Part shown: one piece after another, positions 16,731 through 25,789 of the stretch | Layout of the letters: the number at the start of each line of letters is the position of its first letter | Position numbering within the stretch: position 1 is the first letter of the stretch | Assembly (NCBI GenBank): GCA_016210855.1 | Contig: JACQTJ010000085.1 | Coordinates: 1 to 59,563 of the forward strand | Direction: 5' to 3' | Source of the DNA: Acidobacteriota bacterium | GTDB taxonomy: Bacteria > Acidobacteriota > Terriglobia > Acidiferrales > 2-02-FULL-67-57 | Length of the DNA stretch: 59,563 bases | Made by a program: the position numbers and the translations under genes | Notes under the pieces: generated by a model | The model's database searches: none | Told to the model about the DNA's origin: nothing | What the model saw: only the letters and a program-made list of their open reading frames with translations

Positions 16731-17591
16731 CTACCCGAGACGGGAAGAGCTGCTTTGCTTTGGCGAGTCGAGAAAGTAATCCTCAAGGGCGCCCACGAGC
16801 CCTGCCACCGTGTACCGGCGGGCTTCCGCCGCGACCCGTAACCCCAGTCGCCGTGCCGTCCGGCTGGTGATGGGCCCGATAGTGGCCACGGCCACCCCGG
16901 CGAGCGCTCGTCTTGCCGCCCGCCGCCCGAGGAGGCGGAAGAAATTCTTGACCGTGGAGGAGCTTGTGAAGGTGATGGCGTCAGGCTTGCCCCGGCCGAA
17001 GACCTGGCGGAGGCGTTTGCGACTCAGCCGGGGAAGCACCGTCCGGTAGGCCTCCACCACGTCCACGCGGGCTCCGCGCCGCCGCAGCTCTCCTGGCAGC
17101 ACCGCGCGCGCCTCCCCCGCCCGAGCCAGCAGCACGCGCTTGCCCCGCCAGCCTTCGCCCCTGAGCGCGCGCAGCAGCCCCTCGGCCCGATACTCGTTGG
17201 GTACAACGTCAGCCCGCAAGCCCTGCGCCTTGAGCGCCTCCGCTGTGGCCGGCCCGATGGCCGCCAGGCGCGGACCCTTGAGCATCCGCGGCCGCTTCAA
17301 GCGGCGGAAGAAGAAGCCGACCCCGTTGGTGCTGGTGAAGATCACCCAGTCATAGTCCGGCAATCGGCGGATCGCGGCATCGAGCGGTTTCCAACTGCGG
17401 GGCGGCTCGAGCCCAATGGTGGGCAGCTCCACCACCGCAGCCCCCTTTCGGCGCAGCGCCTCGCGGAGCCCTTCGGCCTGCTCCCGCCGGCGGGTGATGA
17501 CGATGCGCCGCCCGACCAGCGGCTGACTTGTGCGCCGCTGCTTCACTTGTGCCGCTCCAATTTGTTGAACCCGAGCAATTGAGATTTTCAT
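16731..17591 (-). CDS. hemD: uroporphyrinogen-III synthase
   Basis: HemD-like sequence (GRRIVITRRREQAEGLREALRRKGAAVVELPTI) directly downstream of hemC. ATG at 17591; the track ORF extends to 17777, over hemC. Confidence 0.85.
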   Translation of the reverse strand: MKISIARVQQIGAAQVKQRRTSQPLVGRRIVITRRREQAEGLREALRRKGAAVVELPTIGLEPPRSWKPLDAAIRRLPDYDWVIFTSTNGVGFFFRRLKRPRMLKGPRLAAIGPATAEALKAQGLRADVVPNEYRAEGLLRALRGEGWRGKRVLLARAGEARAVLPGELRRRGARVDVVEAYRTVLPRLSRKRLRQVFGRGKPDAITFTSSSTVKNFFRLLGRRAARRALAGVAVATIGPITSRTARRLGLRVAAEARRYTVAGLVGALEDYFLDSPKQSSSSRLG

Positions 17592-17622
17592 TTCGGTGGC
17601 GGCCCGGAAAGTTGGAACGGCG

Positions 17623-18573
17623 CTAGGCCGACCCCGGCAGCCGCAGGCTGGCCTCCTCGATGGCGGCCAGAATCTCCCGCGCCCCTTGCCGCAAGAGTCT
17701 TTCGGCCAGAGCCTCGCCGAGGGCGCGAGCGTCGCTCGCCGCACCTCTCTCTGTGCCCCGAACCGCCTGACTTCCATCCGCGCTTACCACCACACCCATC
17801 AATTCGAGACTCTCGCCTTTGACTTGCGCGTGCCCCGCCAGTGGCACCTGGCAACCGCCCCCCAAACGGGCCAGGAAGGCGCGCTCCGCCCGGGTCGCGG
17901 CTTCCGTGTCTGGATCGCTCAGGCGGCTCAACGCGGCCAGCAGCTCGGCGTCGTCCGAGCGAGCTTCGATGGCGAGCGCTCCCTGGCCGATGGCCGGGAC
18001 CATTTCGTCCACGGAGAAAATCTGCGTGGCCCGGTCGGGCCAGCCCATCCGCTTCAGTCCCGCCAGTGCCAGCACAATAGCGTCGTAGCGGCCTTCATCG
18101 AGCTTGCGCAGCCGCGTGTCCACGTTTCCCCGCAGCGGCTCGATCGCCAAGTCCTTCCGCAGCAGCCGAAGCTGCGCCTGCCGCCGCAGGCTGCTCGTGC
18201 CCACCCGCGCCGCTGCTGGCAGGTCGGACCAGGTCTTCCCGCTGCGGGAGACTAGAGCGTCGCGGGCGTCCTCCCGCTCTGGAATCGCCGCAATCACGAG
18301 GCCCCGCGGCAGCTCCACCGGCAGGTCCTTCAGGCTGTGCACCGCCAGATCGATCCGCTTCTCGAGCAGGGCCTCCTCGATTTCCTTCGTGAAGAGCGCT
18401 TTCGAGCCGCCCGCCTGGGCCAGGGGCACGTCGGTGATTTTGTCTCCCGTGGTTCGGATCACTTCGATGCGCACCTCCACGGGTTCGGCGCGCTCGAGGG
18501 TTGCCTTGATGAAGTTTGCCTGCCAGAGCGCCAGCGGGCTCCCACGAGAGCCGAGTGTGAGCCGAGAGCGCAT
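17623..18573 (-). CDS. hemC: hydroxymethylbilane synthase (porphobilinogen deaminase)
   Basis: LGSRGSPLALWQA, IRTTGD, SLKD and GGGCQVPL motifs. Confidence 0.95.
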   Translation of the reverse strand: MRSRLTLGSRGSPLALWQANFIKATLERAEPVEVRIEVIRTTGDKITDVPLAQAGGSKALFTKEIEEALLEKRIDLAVHSLKDLPVELPRGLVIAAIPEREDARDALVSRSGKTWSDLPAAARVGTSSLRRQAQLRLLRKDLAIEPLRGNVDTRLRKLDEGRYDAIVLALAGLKRMGWPDRATQIFSVDEMVPAIGQGALAIEARSDDAELLAALSRLSDPDTEAATRAERAFLARLGGGCQVPLAGHAQVKGESLELMGVVVSADGSQAVRGTERGAASDARALGEALAERLLRQGAREILAAIEEASLRLPGSA

Positions 18574-18591
18574 GGCAGCGTGCCAGCCGGT

Positions 18592-19851
18592 TCAGTCCTT
18601 GAGTTGGAAGGTCTTGCGGATGAATTCGATGAGCTTCAGACCGTCCGGCTCCTGCGGCAGCCGCTTCAGCTGGGTGAGCGGCAGGTGCAGGATCTTGTTC
18701 ACCAGCGAGCGCGTCATCCCCTCCACCGCCGCCCGCTGTGCGGGCGTCAGGTCGTCGAGCCGCCATCGTTCCAACTCCTGCTGGCGCAGCCCGTGCAGCT
18801 TCTCCTGCAGACCCACGATAGTCGGGGCCAGCTCCAGTCGCTTCAGCCGCCCCAGCAGCCGGTCCACTTCGCGCTCTACGATCTCTTCGGCCCGCACCGC
18901 TTCCCGCTGCCGTTCCCGCACATTGGCCGCCACCACCTGCTCCAGGTCGTCGATGTTGTAGACGAAGATGTTGTCCAGAGTGTTCAGTTCTGGGTCGATG
19001 TCGCGCGGCACGGCGATGTCAATGAAAAACATGGGCCGGTTCTTCCGCTCGGCCAGGAACCGCACCCCGTGTTCCTTCTTGATGATGTAGTGCGGGCAGC
19101 CGGTGGAGCTGATGATGATGTCGGCCTGGCTCACGTAGTTGAGCAGCTCATCGAACTGGATCGCCCGCCCGCTCCAGGCCGCCGCCAGCTCCTGCGCCCG
19201 GGCGTAGGTGCGGTTCGAGACGAAGATGGCCTGGGCGCCGCTCGCCAGCAGATGGCGCGCTGCCAGCTCGCTCATCTTGCCCGCCCCGATGACGAAGACG
19301 TTCTTGCCTTCCAGGCTCCCGAAAATCTTCCGCGCCAGCTCCACGGCCGCGTAGCTCACCGAGACCGCCGTCGTGGCGATCCCGGTCTCGGTCCGGACTT
19401 TTTTCGCCACGGCAAAGGCGTGGGTGAGGACTTCGTCCAGCACGCTCCCCAGCGTGCCGACCGCCCGGGCCGTGGCATAGGCGGCCTTCACCTGGCCGAG
19501 CACCTGCGCCTCCCCCACCATCATCGAGTCCAAGCTGGCTGCCACTCGGAACACGTGCCGGATGGCTTCGCGCTGGCTGTGGTGGTAGAGGGAGCTTTCG
19601 AACGCGCCCCGTCCCACCCGCCGGGCCACAGCCAAGAACTCCGCGAGCAGGGGCAGCGCCTCAATGCCGTCCTCCAGCCGCGCCAGCACCTCCACCCGGT
19701 TGCAGGTGGAAAAGATCAGCGCCTCGTCCACGCCCGGGCGCTCGCACAGCGAGTGCAGCGCCGCCGGAATGTCCTTCTCGGGGAAGTGCAGCCGCTCCCG
19801 CAGCTCGACCGGCGCGGTGGTGTGGTTCAGACCGACCAGGCTCAACTGCAT
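18592..19851 (-). CDS. hemA: glutamyl-tRNA reductase
   Basis: LVGLNHTTAPVELRE, STCNRVE and NADPH-binding GAGKMSELAARHL motifs. Confidence 0.95.
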   Translation of the reverse strand: MQLSLVGLNHTTAPVELRERLHFPEKDIPAALHSLCERPGVDEALIFSTCNRVEVLARLEDGIEALPLLAEFLAVARRVGRGAFESSLYHHSQREAIRHVFRVAASLDSMMVGEAQVLGQVKAAYATARAVGTLGSVLDEVLTHAFAVAKKVRTETGIATTAVSVSYAAVELARKIFGSLEGKNVFVIGAGKMSELAARHLLASGAQAIFVSNRTYARAQELAAAWSGRAIQFDELLNYVSQADIIISSTGCPHYIIKKEHGVRFLAERKNRPMFFIDIAVPRDIDPELNTLDNIFVYNIDDLEQVVAANVRERQREAVRAEEIVEREVDRLLGRLKRLELAPTIVGLQEKLHGLRQQELERWRLDDLTPAQRAAVEGMTRSLVNKILHLPLTQLKRLPQEPDGLKLIEFIRKTFQLKD

Positions 19852-19854
19852 CGC

Positions 19855-20670
19855 TCAGTGCCCCAGAAAAGCATGGTGGGCGCTCAGGTAGTTGGCTCCC
19901 CAGCTCGCCAGCGCCATCACCATCCCCACAATCGTGAACACCGCCGCCCGGCGGCCCCTCCACCCGGCCCCCACTCGCGAGAGGATGAGCAGCAGGTAGA
20001 TGAGCCACAGCACGAACGACAGCGCCACCTTGGGATCGCGGATCCAATCCGACCCCCAGGAGCTCGCTGCCCCCACGGCCCCGATCGAGATGCCCAGGGT
20101 AATGAAAGGGAACCCGACGGCAAGCGCCCGCGAGCCCAGCCCGTCAATGGTCTCGAGCGGCGGCAGCCGGTAGTAGAAGGCGTGTGGCTGGTGGCGCTTG
20201 AGTTCTCGCTCTTGGATCAGGTACATCACGCCAGCCAGAAACGCCAGGATCAGGGCCGCGTAGCCCACCAGCGCGAAGGAGACGTGCAGCGGCACCCAGC
20301 TCTGCTCGAGCAGGGGCGCCACCGGCAGCGCTGCCGGCTGGCTCAGCACCGCCGCCAGGGTCATCACGAATACGATGGGAAAGGCGAAGACGCTGAGCGA
20401 GGTCATCTCGTAGCGCCAGTAGGCCACCAGGAAGCCCAGCGTGATCAGGAAGGCGAACAGGGAGGTGGCTTCGGCAATGTTCGTTACCGGAAAGTGGCCG
20501 ACCGCCAGCCCTTGCTCGACCAACGACACGAAATGGAACAGAAACCCCAGCCCGATGGCCACCAGCGCCAGCCGAAACCACGCCGGCCGCCGCCGCACCA
20601 CCGTCAGCAGCGCGTGCACCAGCCCCAGGGAATAAAACCCCAGCGCCACCCATAGCCACAATCGGCTCAT
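19855..20670 (-). CDS. cytochrome c assembly family protein (CcsA/HemX-like)
   Basis: ~8 TM helices and a Trp-rich heme-handling motif (WGSDWIRDPKV), immediately upstream of hemA. ATG at 20670. Confidence 0.82.
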   Translation of the reverse strand: MSRLWLWVALGFYSLGLVHALLTVVRRRPAWFRLALVAIGLGFLFHFVSLVEQGLAVGHFPVTNIAEATSLFAFLITLGFLVAYWRYEMTSLSVFAFPIVFVMTLAAVLSQPAALPVAPLLEQSWVPLHVSFALVGYAALILAFLAGVMYLIQERELKRHQPHAFYYRLPPLETIDGLGSRALAVGFPFITLGISIGAVGAASSWGSDWIRDPKVALSFVLWLIYLLLILSRVGAGWRGRRAAVFTIVGMVMALASWGANYLSAHHAFLGH

Positions 20671-20804
20671 TCTCGATCCCGGTCTCCTGCCGCAGCGTCG
20701 CGCCTGCGAAAGCTTTTCATTATAGCACCCGCGCCCCCGGCGGGGCGGTTGTGCTAAGATGCTCGGCGCGGGCTTGCCCCGCAACCCGAGGAGGAAGCGC
20801 ACGG

Positions 20805-22064
20805 ATGGCGGCCAGAAAGCGCGTGCTGAGCGGCATGCGTCCCACTGGCCGGCTCCATCTCGGGCACCTGGTCGGGGCTGTGGAGAACTGGGTCAGGTTC
20901 CAGGACCAGTACCAGTGCTTCTTCTTCGTTGCCGACTGGCACGCCCTCACCACCGACTACGCCGACACCAGCCAGATCACCAAGAACACTCTCGAAGTCG
21001 TCACCGACTGGCTGGCCACGGGCCTCGACCCCCAGAAGGCTACTTTCTTCCTGCAGTCGCGCGTCCCCGAACACGCCGAGCTGCATCTGCTCTTCTCGAT
21101 GATTACCCCGCTCGGCTGGCTGGAGCGGGTCCCGAGCTACAAGGAGCAGCGCGAACAGCTTCGCGACCGCGACCTCGGCACCTACGGCTTCCTCGGCTAC
21201 CCGCTGCTGCAGGCTGCCGACATCCTGGCCTACAAGGCCCACTTCGTGCCGGTGGGTGAAGACCAAGTTGCTCACGTCGAGTTGACCCGCGAGGTCGCCC
21301 GCCTGTTCAACTTGGCTTACGGAGAGTTGATCTTCAAGAGACATCTCCCGGATTCTGCGTGGGCAGGGCTAGCCACTAGTGTTGGGCTGCCCCATGAAAT
21401 CACTCTCAAGTTGCTGCCAGACTCTCCTTGCGTAGTGCGCGACAAGCCTGCGGCCATTCAAGAGTATTTCCGGCATGCGCCGCTTGACATGCGCCGCTAT
21501 CACATGAGCAGCGGGCTCAAGGATTTTGTGGACATCCGAGGCATTCTTCCCGAGCCGCAGGCCCTGCTCACCCCTACGCCGCGGCTCCCGGGCCTGGACG
21601 GCCGCAAGATGTCGAAGAGCCTGGGGAACGTCATCGAGCTTGGAGAAGAGCCCGACTCCATTCGCCAAAAAGTCGGCGCCATGCTGACCGACCCGCAGCG
21701 CGTCCGCCGCACCGACCCCGGGCGGCCGGAGATCTGCCCCGTCTTCGGTTACCACCGCCGCTTCTCCTCGGCCGAGGTGGTGGCCCAGGTGGACCGCGAC
21801 TGCCGCACCGCTCAGATCGGCTGCGTGGATTGCAAGGGGCTGATGGTTGAGCACCTGCTTCCGCTGCTCGAGCCCATCCGTGAGCGCCGCCGCCCCTACG
21901 AAGCCAAGCCTGAAAGTGTGTGGGAGATTCTGGTCGAAGGGTCGAAGAAAGCCCGGCGGGTGGCCCGCCGCACCATGGAGCAGGTGCGCGAGGCCATGCG
22001 CCTGGTATTTGCCTGGGAGCGCCAACGGCCCGCCCCGCGCCCGGCCGCCCGGGGTAGCGACTAG
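20805..22064 (+). CDS. trpS: tryptophan--tRNA ligase with an internal insertion and a 4-Cys motif
   Basis: Class I HIGH (TGRLHLGH) and KMSKS motifs and a GEDQ motif. GAGGAGGAAG RBS. See the findings for the 72-aa insert and the Cys motif. Confidence 0.93.
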   Translation: MAARKRVLSGMRPTGRLHLGHLVGAVENWVRFQDQYQCFFFVADWHALTTDYADTSQITKNTLEVVTDWLATGLDPQKATFFLQSRVPEHAELHLLFSMITPLGWLERVPSYKEQREQLRDRDLGTYGFLGYPLLQAADILAYKAHFVPVGEDQVAHVELTREVARLFNLAYGELIFKRHLPDSAWAGLATSVGLPHEITLKLLPDSPCVVRDKPAAIQEYFRHAPLDMRRYHMSSGLKDFVDIRGILPEPQALLTPTPRLPGLDGRKMSKSLGNVIELGEEPDSIRQKVGAMLTDPQRVRRTDPGRPEICPVFGYHRRFSSAEVVAQVDRDCRTAQIGCVDCKGLMVEHLLPLLEPIRERRRPYEAKPESVWEILVEGSKKARRVARRTMEQVREAMRLVFAWERQRPAPRPAARGSD

Positions 22065-22082
22065 CGCCTGGACCGACAACAA

Positions 22083-22850
22083 GTGGAGACGCCCCCCAGC
22101 GTTCAACTCGACGTCTACGAGGGCCCGCTCGACCTGTTGCTCGACCTCATCCGCAAGCAGCAGATCGATATCTTCGACATCCCCCTCGCCCGCATCACCC
22201 AGCAGTACCTCGACTACCTCCACCGCATGGAGCAGCTGAACGTCGAAATCGCCGGCGACTTCATCCTCATGGCCGCCACCCTTATCTACATCAAGTCCAA
22301 GATGCTGCTCCCGCCCGACCCGTTCGCTTCTCCCGACGAACAACTCGACCCGCGCACCGACCTCGTCGAGCGCCTGCTCGAACACAAAAAGTTCAAGAGC
22401 GCCGCCCAGATGCTCCAGCAAAAGCAGATTCTCGAGCAGGCCACCTGGTCCCGGCCCGACACGGCCGCCTTTGCGGGCGAGCCAGGCGAGCTGGTGGTCA
22501 CTCTCTGGGACCTGGTGAAGGTTTTCCGCGAAGTGCTGGCCCGCCCTCCGGAGCCGCCGGCGCTCGAAATCAAGCGCGAAGAGTTCACCGTCGCCCAGAT
22601 GATGGACGAAGTCCGCGAGCTGTTGCGGGCCAGCGACCAGCCCGTCTCCCTGCTCGAGCTCTGCCGCCGCCACCCCACCCGCCGCGGCCTGATCGTGCTC
22701 TTCCTGGCCTTGCTCGAGCTCGTGCGCCTGGAGGCGGTGGTTGCCCTCCAGAACGAGCTCTTCGGCCCCGTTCAGCTCCGCAAGCACCGGATGTTCGACG
22801 TCGTGTTCGCTCCCGACACCGCCACCGAGATCGACGAGCAGTACCAGTAG
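22083..22850 (+). CDS. scpA: segregation and condensation protein A
   Basis: ScpA-like sequence (YEGPLDLLLDLIRKQQIDIFDIPLARIT), followed by scpB. Confidence 0.9.
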   Translation: METPPSVQLDVYEGPLDLLLDLIRKQQIDIFDIPLARITQQYLDYLHRMEQLNVEIAGDFILMAATLIYIKSKMLLPPDPFASPDEQLDPRTDLVERLLEHKKFKSAAQMLQQKQILEQATWSRPDTAAFAGEPGELVVTLWDLVKVFREVLARPPEPPALEIKREEFTVAQMMDEVRELLRASDQPVSLLELCRRHPTRRGLIVLFLALLELVRLEAVVALQNELFGPVQLRKHRMFDVVFAPDTATEIDEQYQ

Positions 22851-22853
22851 CCG

Positions 22854-23477
22854 ATGGACCGCGCCGCCCTCAAAGCCCTGCTCGAAGCCATCATCTACGT
22901 CTCCGAAGAGCCAATCACCATCGCCCAGCTGGAAAAGGTCTTGGCCGACGTGAGTAAGGACGAACTGCGCGGCGCGCTGGAAGCGCTCCTCGAAGCCAGC
23001 CGCGCTCCCGAGCGCGGCGTTGAAATCCGCCAGGTGGCCGGCGGCTACCGCATGTACACCAAGCCCGAGCACCATGAGGCGGTGCGCCGCTTCGTCCGCA
23101 GCCAGAAGCCGCCCCTGCGCCTGTCCCTGCCGGCGCTCGAAACCCTAGCCGTGATTGCCTACAAGCAGCCCGTCACCACGCCTGAAATCAAGGCCGTCCG
23201 CGGCGTCGACCCCTCGAGCGCCCTCGCCACCCTGCTTGAAAAAGGCCTGGTGGTCACCGCCGGGCGCAAGCAGTGCATTGGCCGCCCCATCCTCTACCGT
23301 ACCGCGAAGGAGTTCCTGATTCGCTTCGGGCTGAAGGATGTGGGCGAGCTGCCCACCCTCGAGGAGTTCGAAGAGCTGGCTCGGGCCTCGCTCGGCGAGC
23401 CTGAACCTGCGCCCGCGGCTGGCTCTGAGCCGGCCCGCGAGAGTCGTGAGGAAGCGGCCGAGCCCGGCAATGCCTGA
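22854..23477 (+). CDS. scpB: segregation and condensation protein B
   Basis: ScpB-like sequence (LEAIIYVSEEPITIAQL...LETLAVIAYKQPVTTPEI). Confidence 0.9.
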   Translation: MDRAALKALLEAIIYVSEEPITIAQLEKVLADVSKDELRGALEALLEASRAPERGVEIRQVAGGYRMYTKPEHHEAVRRFVRSQKPPLRLSLPALETLAVIAYKQPVTTPEIKAVRGVDPSSALATLLEKGLVVTAGRKQCIGRPILYRTAKEFLIRFGLKDVGELPTLEEFEELARASLGEPEPAPAAGSEPARESREEAAEPGNA

Positions 23478-24216
23478 GCGTCTACAAAAGCTGCTGGCTC
23501 GTGCCGGCATCGCCTCCCGGCGCACCGCCGAGAACCTGATCCGCGCCGGCGCCGTGCGCGTGAACGGCCGCGTGGTCACCGAACTCGGCAGCAAGGCTGA
23601 CCCCGCCTCTGACCGCATCGAGGTCGAAGGCCGCCGCCTCCGCTTCCCTCGGCGCCCCCTCCACCTGGTGCTCAACAAACCCCGCGGAACGGTCTCAACC
23701 GCCTCTGACCCCCGCGGCCGCCCCACCGTCTTCGACCGGCTCAAGGGCCTCCCCCAGCGGGTCTTCACCATCGGGCGCTTGCCGTATGAGGTCGAAGGAC
23801 TGCTGCTGCTGACGAGCGACGGCGCTTTCGCCGACACCCTCCTGCGCGGCCGCCTTCCCCAGACCTACTGGGTCAAGGTCAAAGGCCGGTTGAGCCCGGA
23901 GGAGAGCGCCCGCCTGGAAGCCCTCGCTCGCCGCCACCAGTCTGCGCCCCTGCGACTCCGGCAGGTGAAGCCGGGAGCCAATCCGTGGTATGAAGTCTGC
24001 CTGGTGGAACCCCGCGAAGACTGGCTGCGAACGGCGCTCTTCCGCCTGGGCCATCCGGTCGAAAAGCTCAAGCGGGTGGCCATCGGCTCGCTGCGCGCCG
24101 CGGGGCTCGGTCCCGGCGGCTTTCGCGAGCTGAGCGACGAGGAAGTCGAGCGGCTGGCCACGGAGGCCGCCGGAGACTGGTCCCCCGCCGGGCTGCGACA
24201 CCGGCAGGCGGGCTGA
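23470..24216 (+). CDS. rluB: pseudouridine synthase (RsuA/RluB family)
   Basis: N-terminal S4 domain (RLQKLLARAGIASRR) and a catalytic-type motif GRLPYEVEGLLLLTSDG. The ATG overlaps the scpB stop by 8 nt. Confidence 0.88.
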   Translation: MPERLQKLLARAGIASRRTAENLIRAGAVRVNGRVVTELGSKADPASDRIEVEGRRLRFPRRPLHLVLNKPRGTVSTASDPRGRPTVFDRLKGLPQRVFTIGRLPYEVEGLLLLTSDGAFADTLLRGRLPQTYWVKVKGRLSPEESARLEALARRHQSAPLRLRQVKPGANPWYEVCLVEPREDWLRTALFRLGHPVEKLKRVAIGSLRAAGLGPGGFRELSDEEVERLATEAAGDWSPAGLRHRQAG

Positions 24217-24241
24217 GCAGCGAGCGTCGGGAAAGGATTCC

Positions 24242-25384
24242 ATGACGGTGAAAAAGTCGTCGCCCGACCGGGTGCCCGACCGCGTCTCGAGCCTCCCCCC
24301 TTACATCCCCGGCAAGCCCATCGAAGAAGTGGAGCGAGAACTCGGCTTCACCCCCATCAAGCTGGCCTCGAATGAGAATCCGCTCGGGCCCTCACCGAAG
24401 GCTATTGAGGCCGTGGCCCGCTACCTGGCCCAGTCGCACCGCTACCCGGACGCTGCTGGCACCTACCTGCGCGAAAAGCTGGCCGCCCGACACAGCGTGG
24501 AAATGAACCACATCGTCTTGGGCGCTGGCTCGACCGAGCTGATTCAGCTCCTCTGCCACGTCTACCTCGAGCCGGGCCGCGCCGGTCTCACCTCCCAGGG
24601 AACGTTCGTGATGTTTCCCCTGGCGGTGCGTGCCGCCGGCGGCCAGGCCCTCGAGGTCCCGCTCCAGGATTACGCCTACGACCTCGACGCCCTGGCCGGC
24701 CGTCTCGACGACACAGTCCGCGTTGTCTACCTCGCCAATCCCAACAACCCCACCGGCACTCTGTTCACCGCCACCGCCTTTGACCGCTTCTTGGCCCGGA
24801 TCCCGGAGAGCGTGCTGGTGATTCTCGACGAAGCCTACTGCGACTATGTGGAGCGGCCCGACTACAGCCGCTCGCTCGATCTCGTCCGATCCGGCCGCTA
24901 CCTGATGGTTCTGCGCACCTTCTCCAAGGCCCACGGCCTTGCCGGCCTGCGCGTCGGCTATGGTATTGCCCACCCGGAAATCATCTCCGCCCTGAACAAA
25001 ATCCGCTCGCCTTTCAATGTCTCCAGTCTCGCCATGGTGGCGGCCCAGGCCGCCCTCGATGATACCGAGCACATCCGCCGCTCCGTCGAATCGAACCGGC
25101 GCGGCTTGGCGTTCTTCGCCCGGGAGCTGCCCCGGCTCGGCCTTCGCACCATCCCCTCGGCGGCAAACTTCGTCTATTGCGAAACCGGTCGCGCCGCCAA
25201 GGAAGACTTCAAAGCCCTTCTGCAGATGGGCGTCATCGTGCGGCCCATGGGCTTCATGGGCCTGCCCGCCGGCCTGCGCATCACCGTGGGCACTGAGGAG
25301 GAGAACCAGCGCGTGATCGAGGCCTTGGCGAAATTGCAGCAGTCCGCCGCCGCCTCTGCCGGCCGGGAGCGCAGCCGTGCCTGA
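24242..25384 (+). CDS. hisC: histidinol-phosphate aminotransferase
   Basis: Class II aminotransferase. The PLP-lysine region is TFSKAHGLAGLRVGY, and NENPLGPSP lies near the N-terminus. Confidence 0.92.
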   Translation: MTVKKSSPDRVPDRVSSLPPYIPGKPIEEVERELGFTPIKLASNENPLGPSPKAIEAVARYLAQSHRYPDAAGTYLREKLAARHSVEMNHIVLGAGSTELIQLLCHVYLEPGRAGLTSQGTFVMFPLAVRAAGGQALEVPLQDYAYDLDALAGRLDDTVRVVYLANPNNPTGTLFTATAFDRFLARIPESVLVILDEAYCDYVERPDYSRSLDLVRSGRYLMVLRTFSKAHGLAGLRVGYGIAHPEIISALNKIRSPFNVSSLAMVAAQAALDDTEHIRRSVESNRRGLAFFARELPRLGLRTIPSAANFVYCETGRAAKEDFKALLQMGVIVRPMGFMGLPAGLRITVGTEEENQRVIEALAKLQQSAAASAGRERSRA

Positions 25385-25784
25385 ACCGGCTGACCCTGTC
25401 CGCGACCTTCTCACCCGCAGCAAGGTCATCGCCGTCGTGGGCCTCTCCTCGAAAACGCACCGCCCCAGCCACGGCGTGGCCCGTTACCTGCAATCGGTCG
25501 GTTACCGCATCGTCCCCGTCAACCCCAACGAGCGCGAAGTCTTGGGTGAAAAGAGCTACCCGCGACTCGAGGACGTGCCTCTCAAGGTGGACATCGTGAA
25601 CATCTTCCGCCGCTCCGAGTTGGTTCCCCCCGTGGTCGCAAGCGCCATCGCCATCAGCGCCAAAACCGTCTGGATGCAGGAAGGTGTCATCCACGAAGAA
25701 GCGGCCGCCCAGGCTCGCGCCGCCGGCCTGGAGGTGGTGATGGACCGCTGCCTGCTCAAGGAGCACGCCAAGCGCTTCGGCTGA
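25377..25784 (+). CDS. CoA-binding protein (YccU/YneT-like)
   Basis: 135 aa with IAVVGLSSKTHRPSHGVARYL...GYRIVPVNP. GTG start overlaps the hisC stop. Confidence 0.82.
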   Translation: MPEPADPVRDLLTRSKVIAVVGLSSKTHRPSHGVARYLQSVGYRIVPVNPNEREVLGEKSYPRLEDVPLKVDIVNIFRRSELVPPVVASAIAISAKTVWMQEGVIHEEAAAQARAAGLEVVMDRCLLKEHAKRFG

Positions 25785-25789
25785 GCTAG

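Noticed and set aside
18337-20655. 772-aa plus-strand ORF. The same reasoning applies to 6173-7615, 10301-11845, 13340-14512, 14550-15749, 21369-23075, 24392-25429, 27268-28281, 31831-32748, 35539-37482, 37418-38950, 44804-45910, 46034-47407 and 55302-57086.
   Set aside because: All lie antisense to genes with clear family signatures, and none has recognisable motifs. They are high-GC antisense artefacts.
20671-20804. Possible T-box or attenuator leader upstream of trpS.
   Set aside because: The 134-nt spacer shows no specifier/T-box motif and no Trp-codon leader peptide. It is also shared with the divergent ccsA-like gene promoter.
21327-21542. The TrpRS insertion as an intein.
   Set aside because: It is too short (~72 aa). 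It lacks an N-terminal Cys/Ser, a C-terminal His-Asn followed by Cys/Ser/Thr, and any endonuclease blocks.
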